Shown here: in pieces, positions 32,692 to 42,800 of the stretch
Position numbering within the stretch: position 1 is the first letter of the stretch
Layout of the letters: each line of letters opens with the position of its first letter
Assembly: GCA_963749155.1 (NCBI GenBank)
Contig: CAVVLO010000002.1
Span: forward strand, 832,001 to 896,000
DNA from: an uncultured Armatimonadia bacterium
GTDB lineage: Bacteria; Armatimonadota; Zipacnadia; CAVVLO01
Length of the DNA: 64,000 nucleotides
Reading direction: 5' to 3'
Notes under the pieces: model-generated
The model's input: the letters and a program-made list of their open reading frames with translations, nothing else
The model's database searches: none
What the model was told of the DNA's origin: nothing
Position numbers and translations under genes: made by a program

Positions 32692-33710
32692 TTGCCGCCT
32701 CCGAAGACGCGCTTAATGCCTTCGAGCTTCATATACCCATCGCCCACAGTGGGCGCGACGAACCCGCCCTCGCCGAACTCGTTCCACGCATAGATAGTGA
32801 AAGCCGGCTGGAGCGCGCCGTCCGGCAGCGGGAAACCCAAGTTGGACAGGCTGGCGAGCGCGGTTTTCATTTCTGACAGCGCCCCCTCCCATTGCTGGGC
32901 GCTTGGCAGGCTGAAACACGCTCTCGGGTCGCCCCAGGGGCGCGGATTCCACCCCGCTGGCAGGTAGGGCACATAAGGCAGACTGGCGCTTGCGCTGTAG
33001 CCCTCCCAGGCCTGGCGGGCCAGCTCCAGGACGGGCTCCCAGGGATAGTCATCGGGCTTCTGCGGCAGGTCAGGCACGTCCATATAAGTGCACCAGAAGT
33101 CCACAATCGGCTCCGGATCGGCAGGGAAGTCGCGCGCCATCACCCCTGCGCCGATTAGCAACTCGCCCAGGCCCGCGTCCCGCGCGCGTTGCCGCAGCAG
33201 GTCGAGGTCGGCCTTCGCCGCGCCTTTGTCCATCCCGTGATGGGTCAGGAAGAGGTGGTAGCCGTGCACTTTGAGCACAGGCTTGCCGCCGATACGCAGA
33301 TAGCTGGGATGCTTCATTGCCTCCAGAAACACCTGGCAGGCAAGCTCCCACTCTTCGGCTGTCTCGACGCCGAAGGGGGGATGGTTGCAGAACTCGACGT
33401 AGAAGCGCGCGCGGCTCGCGAACGGGCTGGTCAGCATATATTTGAGCCCATCGTTGAGATGCAGCGCGCCGCCCTCGGTCATCACCTCGGGCTTGGGGTA
33501 GTACCAAAGCACAGGGAAGAAATCCACGCCATAGTCGCCCGCCGCCTGGAGTTCGGCGTCCACGGTGGCCTGGTCGTTGTACATCCCGAGGATTGGGATG
33601 CGTTCAGGATATTCAAGTCGCCAGTCGCGCCCGCGTGTATTCCACTTGTTGGGCAGCTCGCGCCACCAACCGGCGAAATAATCGACTCCTACCAGAGGCC
33701 TGTTTGCCAT
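32688..33710 (-). CDS. GH99-like (WbsX-like) glycoside hydrolase
   Basis: VGVDYFAGWW, PILGMY, YGVDFF, HPSYLRIGGKP, GWNPRPW and IYAWNEFGEGG. Confidence 0.8.
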   Translation of the reverse strand: MANRPLVGVDYFAGWWRELPNKWNTRGRDWRLEYPERIPILGMYNDQATVDAELQAAGDYGVDFFPVLWYYPKPEVMTEGGALHLNDGLKYMLTSPFASRARFYVEFCNHPPFGVETAEEWELACQVFLEAMKHPSYLRIGGKPVLKVHGYHLFLTHHGMDKGAAKADLDLLRQRARDAGLGELLIGAGVMARDFPADPEPIVDFWCTYMDVPDLPQKPDDYPWEPVLELARQAWEGYSASASLPYVPYLPAGWNPRPWGDPRACFSLPSAQQWEGALSEMKTALASLSNLGFPLPDGALQPAFTIYAWNEFGEGGFVAPTVGDGYMKLEGIKRVFGGGK

Positions 33711-33743
33711 TTTGCTTCCTCCCACCGATGTCCTGGGAAGAAG

Positions 33744-33766
33744 TTGCGCATCGAGGGGCGGACTCC
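33744..33766 (-). promoter_or_regulatory. SigH-like promoter motif (weaker -10)
   Basis: gcaGGA gtccgcccctcgatgc GCAA, 33 nt before ATG 33710. Confidence 0.35.
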
Positions 33767-33783
33767 TGCCGTCCAGAGGCCAG

Positions 33784-34275
33784 CTAGAGCAAGTCTCCGC
33801 TTATCCAGGTGTCGAAAAGGTCGGGGAGGAAGCCTGTCGCAAAGCCAAGACCGAGCAGAAACACCATCGCTATCAGCAGGACGACGGCGATGATAGTGAT
33901 TATATTGGCTGCAGGATAGCGGGTGACAGGCCCGCTTGTGGTCGGCGCCTCCTCCCAGGGGCTACTCCGCTGCGGGCGTGGCGGGCGCGGAGGCTCTGGC
34001 ACAGCCCCCTGCAGTTTCACCTGCCCCAGGCCATCCAGCCACATATAGAGCTGATCGCGGGGATTTACATAAGCCTGGTGGGCCATCCAGTTTCCAATTG
34101 GGGGACCTGATGAAGCCCTGGGACGAAGCAAGAGCGCCCAGTTTTCGCCCCGGTTCAATAAGGAATAGCCCAATCCAACATGATAGGACACCGCCTGGTT
34201 GAAATAGGCCAGATACTCGGCTGGTATGCCCCCCTCTGGGGGAGGAGGAGGCTGGATTAGCTGCGGGTTGCCCAT
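33784..34275 (-). CDS. membrane protein, array paralog 4
   Basis: QAVSYHVGLGYSLLNRGENWALL...MWLDGLGQVKL, Pro-rich linker, C-terminal TM; RBS AGGAGG. Confidence 0.75.
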   Translation of the reverse strand: MGNPQLIQPPPPPEGGIPAEYLAYFNQAVSYHVGLGYSLLNRGENWALLLRPRASSGPPIGNWMAHQAYVNPRDQLYMWLDGLGQVKLQGAVPEPPRPPRPQRSSPWEEAPTTSGPVTRYPAANIITIIAVVLLIAMVFLLGLGFATGFLPDLFDTWISGDLL

Positions 34276-34290
34276 CGCAAGAATTCCTCC

Positions 34291-34774
34291 TTAACTCGGT
34301 CGGTGGCTTGTGGGCCTTAAGGCAGTCCGAGGACCTTCAGGTGCCAGCCACCATATGACAGCGCCGACGTATGAGACTGTGAGCACAACCAGTAGACCCC
34401 AGACTACCGTCATCTCGGTCCGCTCTCTGGATGTCAGTTCCGCCCAACGGCGCCGTGGCCAGGGCACCGGGGCCTTCGGCACTGAACGACGCGTAGGTTG
34501 TCCTTCATCGAGCTTGACGGTGCCCTCCGCATCCAGCCAGATGAGCATCCTTCCTATAACGCTCGGGAATAGGAAACCTGGGATGACTAAGAAGGGGATG
34601 GCCAGAAACCAGCCTGAGGAACCTTTCCACCTGAGTTGCGCCCAGTCAGACCCGCGACTCTCGATGCAGATAACCTTGAGCCCGGTAATGCGCGATAGCG
34701 GCCTCGAGGGCCTCGTAGCTGCGAGTTGTGGGACGGCCACACTGAGAACAACGAGCTTCTGCGTTTTGGTCCAT
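34291..34774 (-). CDS. membrane protein, array paralog 3 (frame break near 34666)
   Basis: Manual translation from ATG 34774: MDQNAEARCSQCGRPTTRSYEALEAAIAHYRAQGY / IESRGSDWAQL...IWLDAEGTVKL...TM; RBS AAGGAGG. Confidence 0.7.
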
Positions 34775-34792
34775 CGCGCGCCTCCTTCGAGA

Positions 34793-35290
34793 TTATCCGC
34801 CTTGAAACAGTTGCTCGAACCAGCCTTCGAGACTTGCCCGCTGGAAGAGCAGCCAGATAGCCCCAATTAATAGCAGGATGAGGATTACCAGGTTGGCTGT
34901 GATAACTGGAGGATCTCTGGGCAGTAACAACCGCTGATTCTCAGCAGCCTCGGGAGCCTGGGCAGCGGCCTCAACTGGTTCAGAATTTGCTGGAGGTACG
35001 GCAGGGGTGCGAGTGGGCGGCTTCAGATCGCCTTCGAGATAGACCTTGCCCGCATCATCTATCGCAACCAGCCCGTGGGGGCGTCGAAAGCGAAAAAGTC
35101 CAAAGCTTTCCGCATCATCGCGCGTTAACACGGCCCAGGTTGTGCCTCGCCGAGAGAGCTGCCAACCGAGGTCTTTGTAATGCCAAAGCGCCTCTTCGAG
35201 CTGTTTTGTCGGCTCATCGGCGCCTGACCGACTGCCCATCAGCGTCTGACCGCACTCGGGACAATGCGCATAATCGCCTTCGTAACTCAT
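34793..35290 (-). CDS. membrane protein with CxxC, array paralog 2
   Basis: MSYEGDYAHCPECG...EEALWHYKDLGWQLSRRGTTWAVL...VAIDDAGKVYL, Pro/Ala linker, TM; RBS GAGGAGG. Confidence 0.75.
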   Translation of the reverse strand: MSYEGDYAHCPECGQTLMGSRSGADEPTKQLEEALWHYKDLGWQLSRRGTTWAVLTRDDAESFGLFRFRRPHGLVAIDDAGKVYLEGDLKPPTRTPAVPPANSEPVEAAAQAPEAAENQRLLLPRDPPVITANLVILILLLIGAIWLLFQRASLEGWFEQLFQGG

Positions 35291-35291
35291 T

Positions 35292-35471
35292 CTAGTCCTC
35301 CTCTGACCGGGAGCTCGGGGGAGGCGGGTTCGGCGGCAAGCCTGGCTCCAGATCCAGCTCTTCGAGGGTGTCGAACTCCTCCCCGCACCAGGCGCAGTAA
35401 GTGGCGTCGGAAGGGTTCTCCTCCCCACAGAAGGGACAGAGCCTGGTCTGGTTGTCAGAGGAATCGCTCAC
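35292..35471 (-). CDS. stand-alone zinc-ribbon microprotein (59 aa; below the ORF-track cutoff)
   Basis: GTG start: MSDSSDNQTRLCPFCGEENPSDATYCAWCGEEFDTLEELDLEPGLPPNPPPPSSRSEED*; fills the gap between neighbours; RBS GGAG. Confidence 0.75.
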   Translation of the reverse strand: MSDSSDNQTRLCPFCGEENPSDATYCAWCGEEFDTLEELDLEPGLPPNPPPPSSRSEED

Positions 35472-35483
35472 TGACGTCTCCAG

Positions 35484-35768
35484 CTAAGGGCCGATCGGCG
35501 GCGGCACAGTGCCAGCAGGGGAGCTATAGATAAGCTGCCAGGCGACATAAAGCAACACCGGTGAGGCAAGCAAGGCAAGCAAAAGCAGGATGCCACAGGT
35601 TATAAGCCACCAGGGCACCTTCGAGCTGCGCGCCGGCTGCGGCCCATATTGCTCCACCATATACTGGCCGCACCGATTGCAGTAAGCAGAACCTGGGGGA
35701 TTAACATTCCCGCACCTTGGACAGCTTGCAGATCCTGACTGGGTCGGTGGGTCGGTTGGGTTGGTCAT
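35484..35768 (-). CDS. zinc-ribbon single-pass membrane protein (94 aa)
   Basis: CPRCGNVNPPGSAYCNRCG zinc ribbon followed by a TM helix. Confidence 0.8.
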   Translation of the reverse strand: MTNPTDPPTQSGSASCPRCGNVNPPGSAYCNRCGQYMVEQYGPQPARSSKVPWWLITCGILLLLALLASPVLLYVAWQLIYSSPAGTVPPPIGP

Positions 35769-35788
35769 TTGAAACCCCCTGCAGCAGG

Positions 35789-36254
35789 CTACCTGGTAAT
35801 CAAGATCATTACAATTATAATTAACAAGGCCAGCAGTGGTCCTGCCAGTAATAAGGTCCAAAGGAATTTGGTAGTCTTGCTGGGCCCACTCCGCTTGGCC
35901 CACACAAGGCCCTGATCATCGGTGTAAAGTGAGATGGTCTGCTCTTCCTGAGTGCGATGGATGAGCCAGGCCATCTGGCTGTCGAAGAGCCACCATCCCA
36001 GTCCTGTATTGCCGTATTTGCGCAGGTGTGCCCAATCATCACCTTGGGCGACCAAGCCATAATTTTCTGAGAGAAATCTTTGGATTGCAGTATCCAGGCT
36101 TGTGCCAGCGAGTTCATCGGAGGGATCATGCTCAGGCTTATAGTCTTTGGCCATCGGGGCGCCGCCACAATACGGACAAGCCAGCTCGCCGAGCCGGCAA
36201 TGGGCGCTGGCACTCGCTGCAGACAAGTTCTGGTTTGGCCTGGGGCGTCTCCAA
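35789..36254 (-). CDS. zinc-ribbon membrane protein, array paralog 1 (frame break near 36195)
   Basis: TTG start after GGAGG: METPQAKPELVCSECQRPL / GELACPYCG...DTAIQRFLSENYGLVAQGDDWAHL...LYTDDQGLVW...TM. Confidence 0.7.
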
Positions 36255-36356
36255 AAGGCAACCTCCAGCGCACCAAGACTTACCTAGTGGCGCACTTATG
36301 AAGCCAACCGAAAGAGGAGCGTATTTTACTTTTCGCAGGCGAGAGTTTATCTCCTG

Positions 36357-38196
36357 CTACGGCGGGAAGGGAATCGCAGGTCTTTCCACTGCCCAGACCT
36401 TGCCCGTCTCATCGTAAGCGGCGTAATCGGGCAGCCGCAGCACGTTGCGAGGCTCGGGCAGGGGAGCCTGCATCACAGCGGGCAGGCTGTAGCCGACGTA
36501 ATAAGGCAGCAGGTCATCACAGGTCCAGGTGGTGTAGGGGATGAACCCGAGATCGCACATATAACGTGGGCCGGATTGTTCGATTAGCTGCTTTGCACGT
36601 GGATCGCCCTCGCGTCCCCACTCTCCAATCAGCATCGCCGCCGCCGTACAGTCATATCCATTGAAGGGATGGGCCTCTCCGCGCCAGAAAAAGGCCTCAT
36701 AAGGCGCCGACTTCGGGCAGTGCGAACTGACCCAGAGCTTCAAGATGGCGCGTTCTGAAGGCCTCCTCCCCCGTTATCTGCCAGGCGTAGCGCAGCGCCT
36801 TCACGGCCCTTAGCGCGGTGTCCGACCAGGGCGGGGTAAGCCAGCCAGGGGGAGTGCGCTCCAGCTCGCGCTGGCCCCACTCGCGCGCCAGCCTGACATA
36901 GTCGAAAGCCTCTGGGGCGATGCGTCGCAGATAATGGGCAGCTATCAGCAAGGCGTAAGAACGCTCTCCCCGGTAGCCACGTTCATAACTCGAGACCGCC
37001 GCGCCGAAAGCTTCGAGTGCCGCCTGTCGGATTTCTTCAGCATCGGGATGGCGATACTCGGCAAGCAGCCAGGCCGCGCCTGCAAGGCCTTCCACCGCTC
37101 CGTAGAAGCCGTTGCTTGTGCGCACTGGGAAGTATGGCGCCAGGCCAAAATGACCCGAGCGCGCCACACTCTCCGCCGCCTCGAAAACATATTCACAGTC
37201 GGCAGGATCAAGCTCGAGGAAGGGCGCCACGCTCACCTGGGCCTGGCTTGTGTCCCATTCCAGCACCAGCTTGGTGACCTGCTTGCCATCGCCTTCAAGA
37301 CGCAAGAGGGCTGGCTCGGGCTTGTAGGTCACCAGCAACATCGCGTTTTGAGAATCCCAGACACGCGGGTCTTCCCAGCCGGTCTTGTCTGAAGTGGCAA
37401 GTTTGGTCTCATGCTCCAGCAGCAACCAGCCGCCGGTGGTAGGAAGGGCTGTTTCCCCTTGGGGCACCGGCTGGCGGTCGCGCCCTCGGTGGAAGAAGTG
37501 ATAAGTCCCGGTTGGCTTAACTTCGAGCCGCAGCCTGGCGCCTTCGCCCGCTTCGCTCGCCGAGAACTCGAAGGTGGGAGGCTGGTCGTAGACGCTGCTC
37601 ACACTGCGAGCTGTAGCCTGACCGGCCGCGGTCTGGAAAGTGTAGCGCGTCTCCGCCTCATCTACTTCGGGCTGGCGTTCGACCGCGGGGAAGTTGAAAG
37701 GCAACCAGTCTGGGCCCTGCCTGGCAGCCGCCGTGAGCTGGGCAAAGGGACTGGAGTAATCCTGCAGCCAGAAGGCGCCAAGCGCCTCCCCGGTTGGTTT
37801 CAGGTAGAGCGACTGGCGACCATCCAGCACGAAGAAGTAGCGGCCGGAGCTTTTCGGGATGCGCGCTTTCAGCAGGCCGCGAGCCAGAGTGGCCACCGCC
37901 TCGACACGCGCGACAGGGCCAAATTCGGCTTCTTCCGCGAAGGAGACGATAACTCGCCCCTGGTCGTCGATGAAGTAGAGCCCCCCTCGCCCATCGGCCG
38001 CGCCAAAACGCTCCTGAGCGAAGGCGACAGCGTCCCAGCGAGGGCTGATGAGGGCCTGGAGATAATTGGCGGCCATCCAGTTGGCCTTCACCAGATCATA
38101 AGGCCCCTGATCGCGCGTGACACCAATTTGGTCGGCATCAACCAGGACGACTGGCGCCAGAAGGAGGGCTAGCAAGCAAAGCCAAAGCCAGCGCAT
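36357..38196 (-). CDS. secreted hypothetical protein with helical C-terminal domain (frame break near 36720)
   Basis: Signal peptide MRWLWLCLLALLLAPVVLVDA; ORFs 36697-38196 and 36357-36743 overlap in different frames. No family recognised. Confidence 0.6.
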
Positions 38197-38213
38197 ATGA
38201 GCCTCCAGCAGGA

Positions 38214-38645
38214 TTAGAGATCCCTCAGAGCCTCGGCGCGCAGGTCGGCATAGGTCTCGGGGGGCGGGCCAGAGCGGCGGAATACCCGCGTCTTCACGTT
38301 GCCGCGTCGGCTATAGTCCAGACAGACTTCGAGCCACTGGGGCTTGAGCAGGTTGGAGAGAGTCTCGAAGACTAGCGCGCAAAGCTCTTCGTGATAGTGG
38401 TGGGCGTCGCGGAAGCTGTTGAGCCACAATTTGAGGCTCTTAAGCTCGACGATAAAGTCGCCCGGCTGATAGGTGATCAACACCTGTGCAAAGTCAGGAT
38501 AACCTGTCCGCGGACACAGGCAGGTGAACTCGGGCATTGTAATAGTGACCCAGGTGCCTGGGACGCCCGGAGGCGAAGGTACCGGTTCGAGGGTTGCGCT
38601 TGCAATTTCCTGCTGCCCCTTCAGCGGGGGCTGGGATTCGTCCAT
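38214..38645 (-). CDS. queF: NADPH-dependent preQ0 reductase (type I QueF)
   Basis: EFTCLCPRTGYPDFA (catalytic Cys/Asp), QueF motif VELKSLKLWLNSFR, and HEE. Confidence 0.92.
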   Translation of the reverse strand: MDESQPPLKGQQEIASATLEPVPSPPGVPGTWVTITMPEFTCLCPRTGYPDFAQVLITYQPGDFIVELKSLKLWLNSFRDAHHYHEELCALVFETLSNLLKPQWLEVCLDYSRRGNVKTRVFRRSGPPPETYADLRAEALRDL

Positions 38646-38652
38646 TTCAACC

Positions 38653-39786
38653 TCAGAGACTTTGCGCGTGCGGCAGGATAATGGCTTTCACAGGCACTTC
38701 ATCGCGCGTTACCTGCAAGGCCTTGTTGACCTCGTGTAGCAGATAACGGTGAGTGACAATATCTTCGAAGGGGAACCGGCCCGAGGCGACCAAATCCACC
38801 GCCTGACGCAGGTGACTGGTGTCGCTGACCCAGACGCCCTGGATACGCGCATTTTTCTGGGCGACATCCTGGAAAAAGTTGATCGGCGTCTGGCCGACAT
38901 CGGTAGCGATACCTGGACAGGCGTAGACTCCGCCTCTGCCAATATAACGGAGGCCTTCATAGATAGCCTGTTTGGCGCCTGTCGTGTCGATAACCACATC
39001 CGCGCCGCGCCCATCGGAGACATCCATCACATAATCGTACCGTTCTTTGGCGCTGGTATTGGCGATCGTGAGCATCTCGGTGACGCCGAACTTGCGGGCA
39101 ACCTCCAGCTTCTGAGGGTGACGGCCTGTCGAGGTCATCACAACGTGAGAAGCCCCAGCAAGCGCAGCAAAAGCCGCGCAGTAGATGCCTACCGAACCTG
39201 GCCCTTCAACGACTACCACATCGCCTTCGCTCACGCCGACAAGTTGCATCGTGTGGGCCGCTGTGGCGCCCGAGCAACAGGCGGACACCATTGGCTCAAG
39301 CGGGGCGCCCTGGGGAAGTTTTACAATTCGGGTGCCCTTCATCAGGTAGATATATTGGGCATAACCGCCGCGCAGATAAGGCGACTCGCCGCAGCCAATG
39401 CTTATCCCATACACCTGGCGGTGGATACAGAGCGAAGGCTCTTTCTTGCGCGCGCAGTAATAACACTGACCACAGGTGATGCCCCGGTCACAGGCGACGA
39501 TATCGCCTGCCTGAAGGAAGGCGCCATCCACATCGGCCACTGGCCCACCCGCGGCAACGACTTCGCCTATGAACTCGTGGCCGAGGATAATAGGCAGAGG
39601 GACGCGGGCGTCCTTGCCTTTGGCTATCTCAACGTCCGAGCCACAGACCCCGGCGACCAAAATCTTGAGCAGCACCTCGCCCTGGTCAGGTTCGACCAGC
39701 TTGACATCGTGGAGCTCGAGATTGCGTGTAAAGGCGGTAAGCACCGCCGCTTTGCCATATGTGGCCTCAGCTACCATTCTCTCCAC
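38653..39786 (-). CDS. zinc-dependent medium-chain dehydrogenase
   Basis: GVCGSD, LGHE, CGQCYYC..C structural zinc site, and GPGSVG Rossmann motif. Confidence 0.9.
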   Translation of the reverse strand: MERMVAEATYGKAAVLTAFTRNLELHDVKLVEPDQGEVLLKILVAGVCGSDVEIAKGKDARVPLPIILGHEFIGEVVAAGGPVADVDGAFLQAGDIVACDRGITCGQCYYCARKKEPSLCIHRQVYGISIGCGESPYLRGGYAQYIYLMKGTRIVKLPQGAPLEPMVSACCSGATAAHTMQLVGVSEGDVVVVEGPGSVGIYCAAFAALAGASHVVMTSTGRHPQKLEVARKFGVTEMLTIANTSAKERYDYVMDVSDGRGADVVIDTTGAKQAIYEGLRYIGRGGVYACPGIATDVGQTPINFFQDVAQKNARIQGVWVSDTSHLRQAVDLVASGRFPFEDIVTHRYLLHEVNKALQVTRDEVPVKAIILPHAQSL

Positions 39787-39801
39787 TCCATCGAGGACAT
39801 C

Positions 39802-42800
39802 CTAGAGCGCCGCGTAACCGAAATCGGCAGGACTCTTATGATAGCCTATTCCGCCCCCCCATTCCAGCCAGCCTTCCCGGCCACCGCCATCATTCTCATT
39901 TACGATGAAGCTAAGGCCAAACTGCGCGCCGGATCGAAGCTCCAGCCAGTCGGCGACCGCAAGCACTCCCTCATAGACGGTAGAGGCCCCCTCGCGCGTG
40001 ATAGAGAGGCGGCTTGCCTCGACCAGCTTTGCGGCTTCCATCCCGCGAGGGGTCTGCCATATATACAGCAAGGGCCTGTCACCCTGGAGCGCGAAGCCAA
40101 CTTCCAGGTAGTTGTCCTCTTTTGCGGCGTAAGGCAGAGCGCGACTGAGTGCGAGCTGTATGGAATCGCCTCTCCAGAGTTCCGCTGCACTTGGACCTTC
40201 CGCCTGGACATCATCTTTTACTACAAACCGGAAGTGCAGCCCCTCATCGGCCCAGGCGAAACCAGCCTGTGCGGACAGATCGTCTGCGCTGCCAGCGGTT
40301 TGGCTAGTCAGCGAGGTGAAGTTGGCGGGGCCAAGTACAAGAGAGCAGTCAGGCTGGGCTGTAGCAAGTTTTGACACGGCGAGGCTCGCGAAGCGGACCG
40401 GCGCGGTCATTGTGCCTCGGCCGAACAGTGTAAGCTCCAGTTCTGCCTGAGCCTGGCCAGTTTGGGCAAAATCAGCCGGCATCGGTATGGTAACCAGTTT
40501 GCTTTCCTGACTGTGGAACTCGAGGGGGTAGGGCCCCTTGACTGTGCCGTCGGCAAAGCGCGCGGTCAGCAAGCCTTTGAGTTTCGGCTCTCTGGGGGTG
40601 AGCAATATGGCAAAAGCCGATGTGGTACCCGGAGAAGGTCGCAGTTCCAGGCTTATTGGTACCTGCACTGAGACCTGGCCACTGCTGCGTAGTCCACGAT
40701 TGACCTGGTCATAAAGCGTCGCCTTGACCTGATACTGCCCTGGTTCAAGGCTCTCCGGAAGCAGGCTGGAGCGAGATATCACTTTACGCTCCACAAGTTC
40801 GACCGGGAGGGCAGCGGCAGGAGACTCTTCCCACTCAGCATCGAAGGCAAGTGCCCCCCTCAACGTATGACGAACGGGATTCTCGAGCCGCGCCTGCAGC
40901 TGCACCTCCTGGCCGGGGGCTGCGATCTCTGGGACAACCTTAACTGTGAACCAGTCATCTCTGACTGAGGCTTCGATGTGGCGGCTTATGCTGCTGACGA
41001 AGATGGGAGAGGGGCCAATTGTCAAGTTTGCCGTGCCGCTGACCCCTCGAATTGGAAGCAGGTTGCCAAACAGATCCCACGCCCTGAAGGCGTTACTACC
41101 AAGCTTGAGCGCGATAGAGGCCTCCCCCTCGCCATCGCGCCAACAAACGAAGGTCGTCTGGTCGCCGGTCTTGAACTCGAGTACGTAGTTGCCATCGTCA
41201 GTTGTCTCCAGCCGCCGGACGAATCGCGGCGCCCCCCCGAGACGTTCTGTCATCGTTTTATAGGAGAGGAAGGCCGGCTTGGGCTCGAAAGGACGACGCA
41301 AGATGCCGAAGTTGTGCTCGTTATACTCGGGATCGAAGCCATCGTTGCGATAGTTGTACCAGAAGATTTTAGACGTAGTGCCGGAGGCAAGCGACAGCAG
41401 GTAGGTGCGCACTATCATCTGCGCCTGTTTCAGCTCGGTGCTGCCGTTGCCGCCCAGGTTGGTTGGCCAGCCGATCTCGGTGCTCCACATTGGCTCATCG
41501 GGGCAGCCCCATTCCAGCAGGCGCGCCTGCGCGTTTTGAAGCTGGCCCACGAGGTCGGTTTGCTCGGGAGTAGGTGGATACCGGTACGGGTGCACGGAAA
41601 CGAAATCGAAGTCTCCGATGGCGCCTTCATCGATGATAGTCTTGATGAACTCCAGATCAACCCCTGCGGTAGAGAACGCCATCACGCGCGCTTCGGGGTC
41701 CGCCTCCTTTATGGCCTTGTAGGCCAGTTCGAGCACGCGGGCGTAGAAATTCCTCGGGCCCTTCCAGAAAGGCTGGATGTTGGGCTCGTTCCAGACCTCC
41801 CAGTACTTGATGCGGTCCTTGTAGCGCGAGACCACCTGGCGACAATATTCGGCAAAGGCCTTGGCGCCAGTCTCCGTATAGGGTGGGGCGATAGCGTCAT
41901 TCCAGTAGTCAAGCAAGCCGAAGAGCTGGATGCCGTGCGAATAGGCAGCTTCGACATCCGGGTCGAACCTGGACCAGTCCCAGACATCAGGGGCGCGCTG
42001 GATAGAGCTCCAGGAGAACTCCTCCCTTGACCACTTTATGCCTGCCTGCTGGGCAAGTTTTGCCGCAGTGTCCAGTTCGTCGAAGCCATACCGGCTGAAG
42101 TAGATACCCATCCCCCAGGGAGCGTCATCCACAAAAGTCGTCTCTTCGGGCTTCGAGGTTACAGCGATGCTGGCGGTGCCTTCTTTCGCCCAGCCCTCTC
42201 CCTTGACCAGGAACTTGCAGTACCAGACTCCATATCTGGGCGCCTTGAAGGTCGCCCTGATTTCTTTGGTGCTGCCAGCAGGCAGCGAGAGCTTGCCACT
42301 GCCCGATCGGGCAGCCACTCCGGCCGCATCGGTAAGGTTCCATTCGACTTCAACCGGCAGCGAGGCGGCAGTGGACAGGTTGGTAAGGCCAAGGCGGAAA
42401 ACCAGAAGCTCGTCCAGATCGAAAACAAGAGGCCATTTTAGCTTCTGTACTACGTCCAGGCGCACCAGTTCTGAGGGATCTGCCTCTGTTGTGATGCGCA
42501 AATCGGCGAAGTAGATGGTCGCGTTGCTGTCAGGGGCGTTACGGTCGATGATAAGCTCGCCCAGACTAAGCGGATAATGGACCTGCCCATCGTCCGGACC
42601 GCCAAAGTGGTGCCAGGAAGGCAGGTCAGCAAGACTCGTCTCGAGCCGCTGCCAGCCCTTCACAGCAGCAAGGTCCAGCAAGGTCTTCTGGAAGCACTGG
42701 CCTGAAGAGTCGCGCAGCCTCAGTACGATGGTATGAGGCGTGCCCCCGGTGTGGATCCAGAAGCTGACCTTCTCTGGCTGCCCTGGCCAGGAGGCGCCTC

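Noticed and set aside
33784..36254. Small-gene array as integron cassettes or a prophage remnant
   Set aside because: Intergenic gaps of 1-20 nt leave no room for attC sites; no integrase or phage hallmark genes.
38749..40374. 541-aa plus-strand ORF, and similar long antisense ORFs such as 20645-21700 and 40978-42030
   Set aside because: Fully overlap well-supported opposite-strand genes; expected in high-GC DNA.
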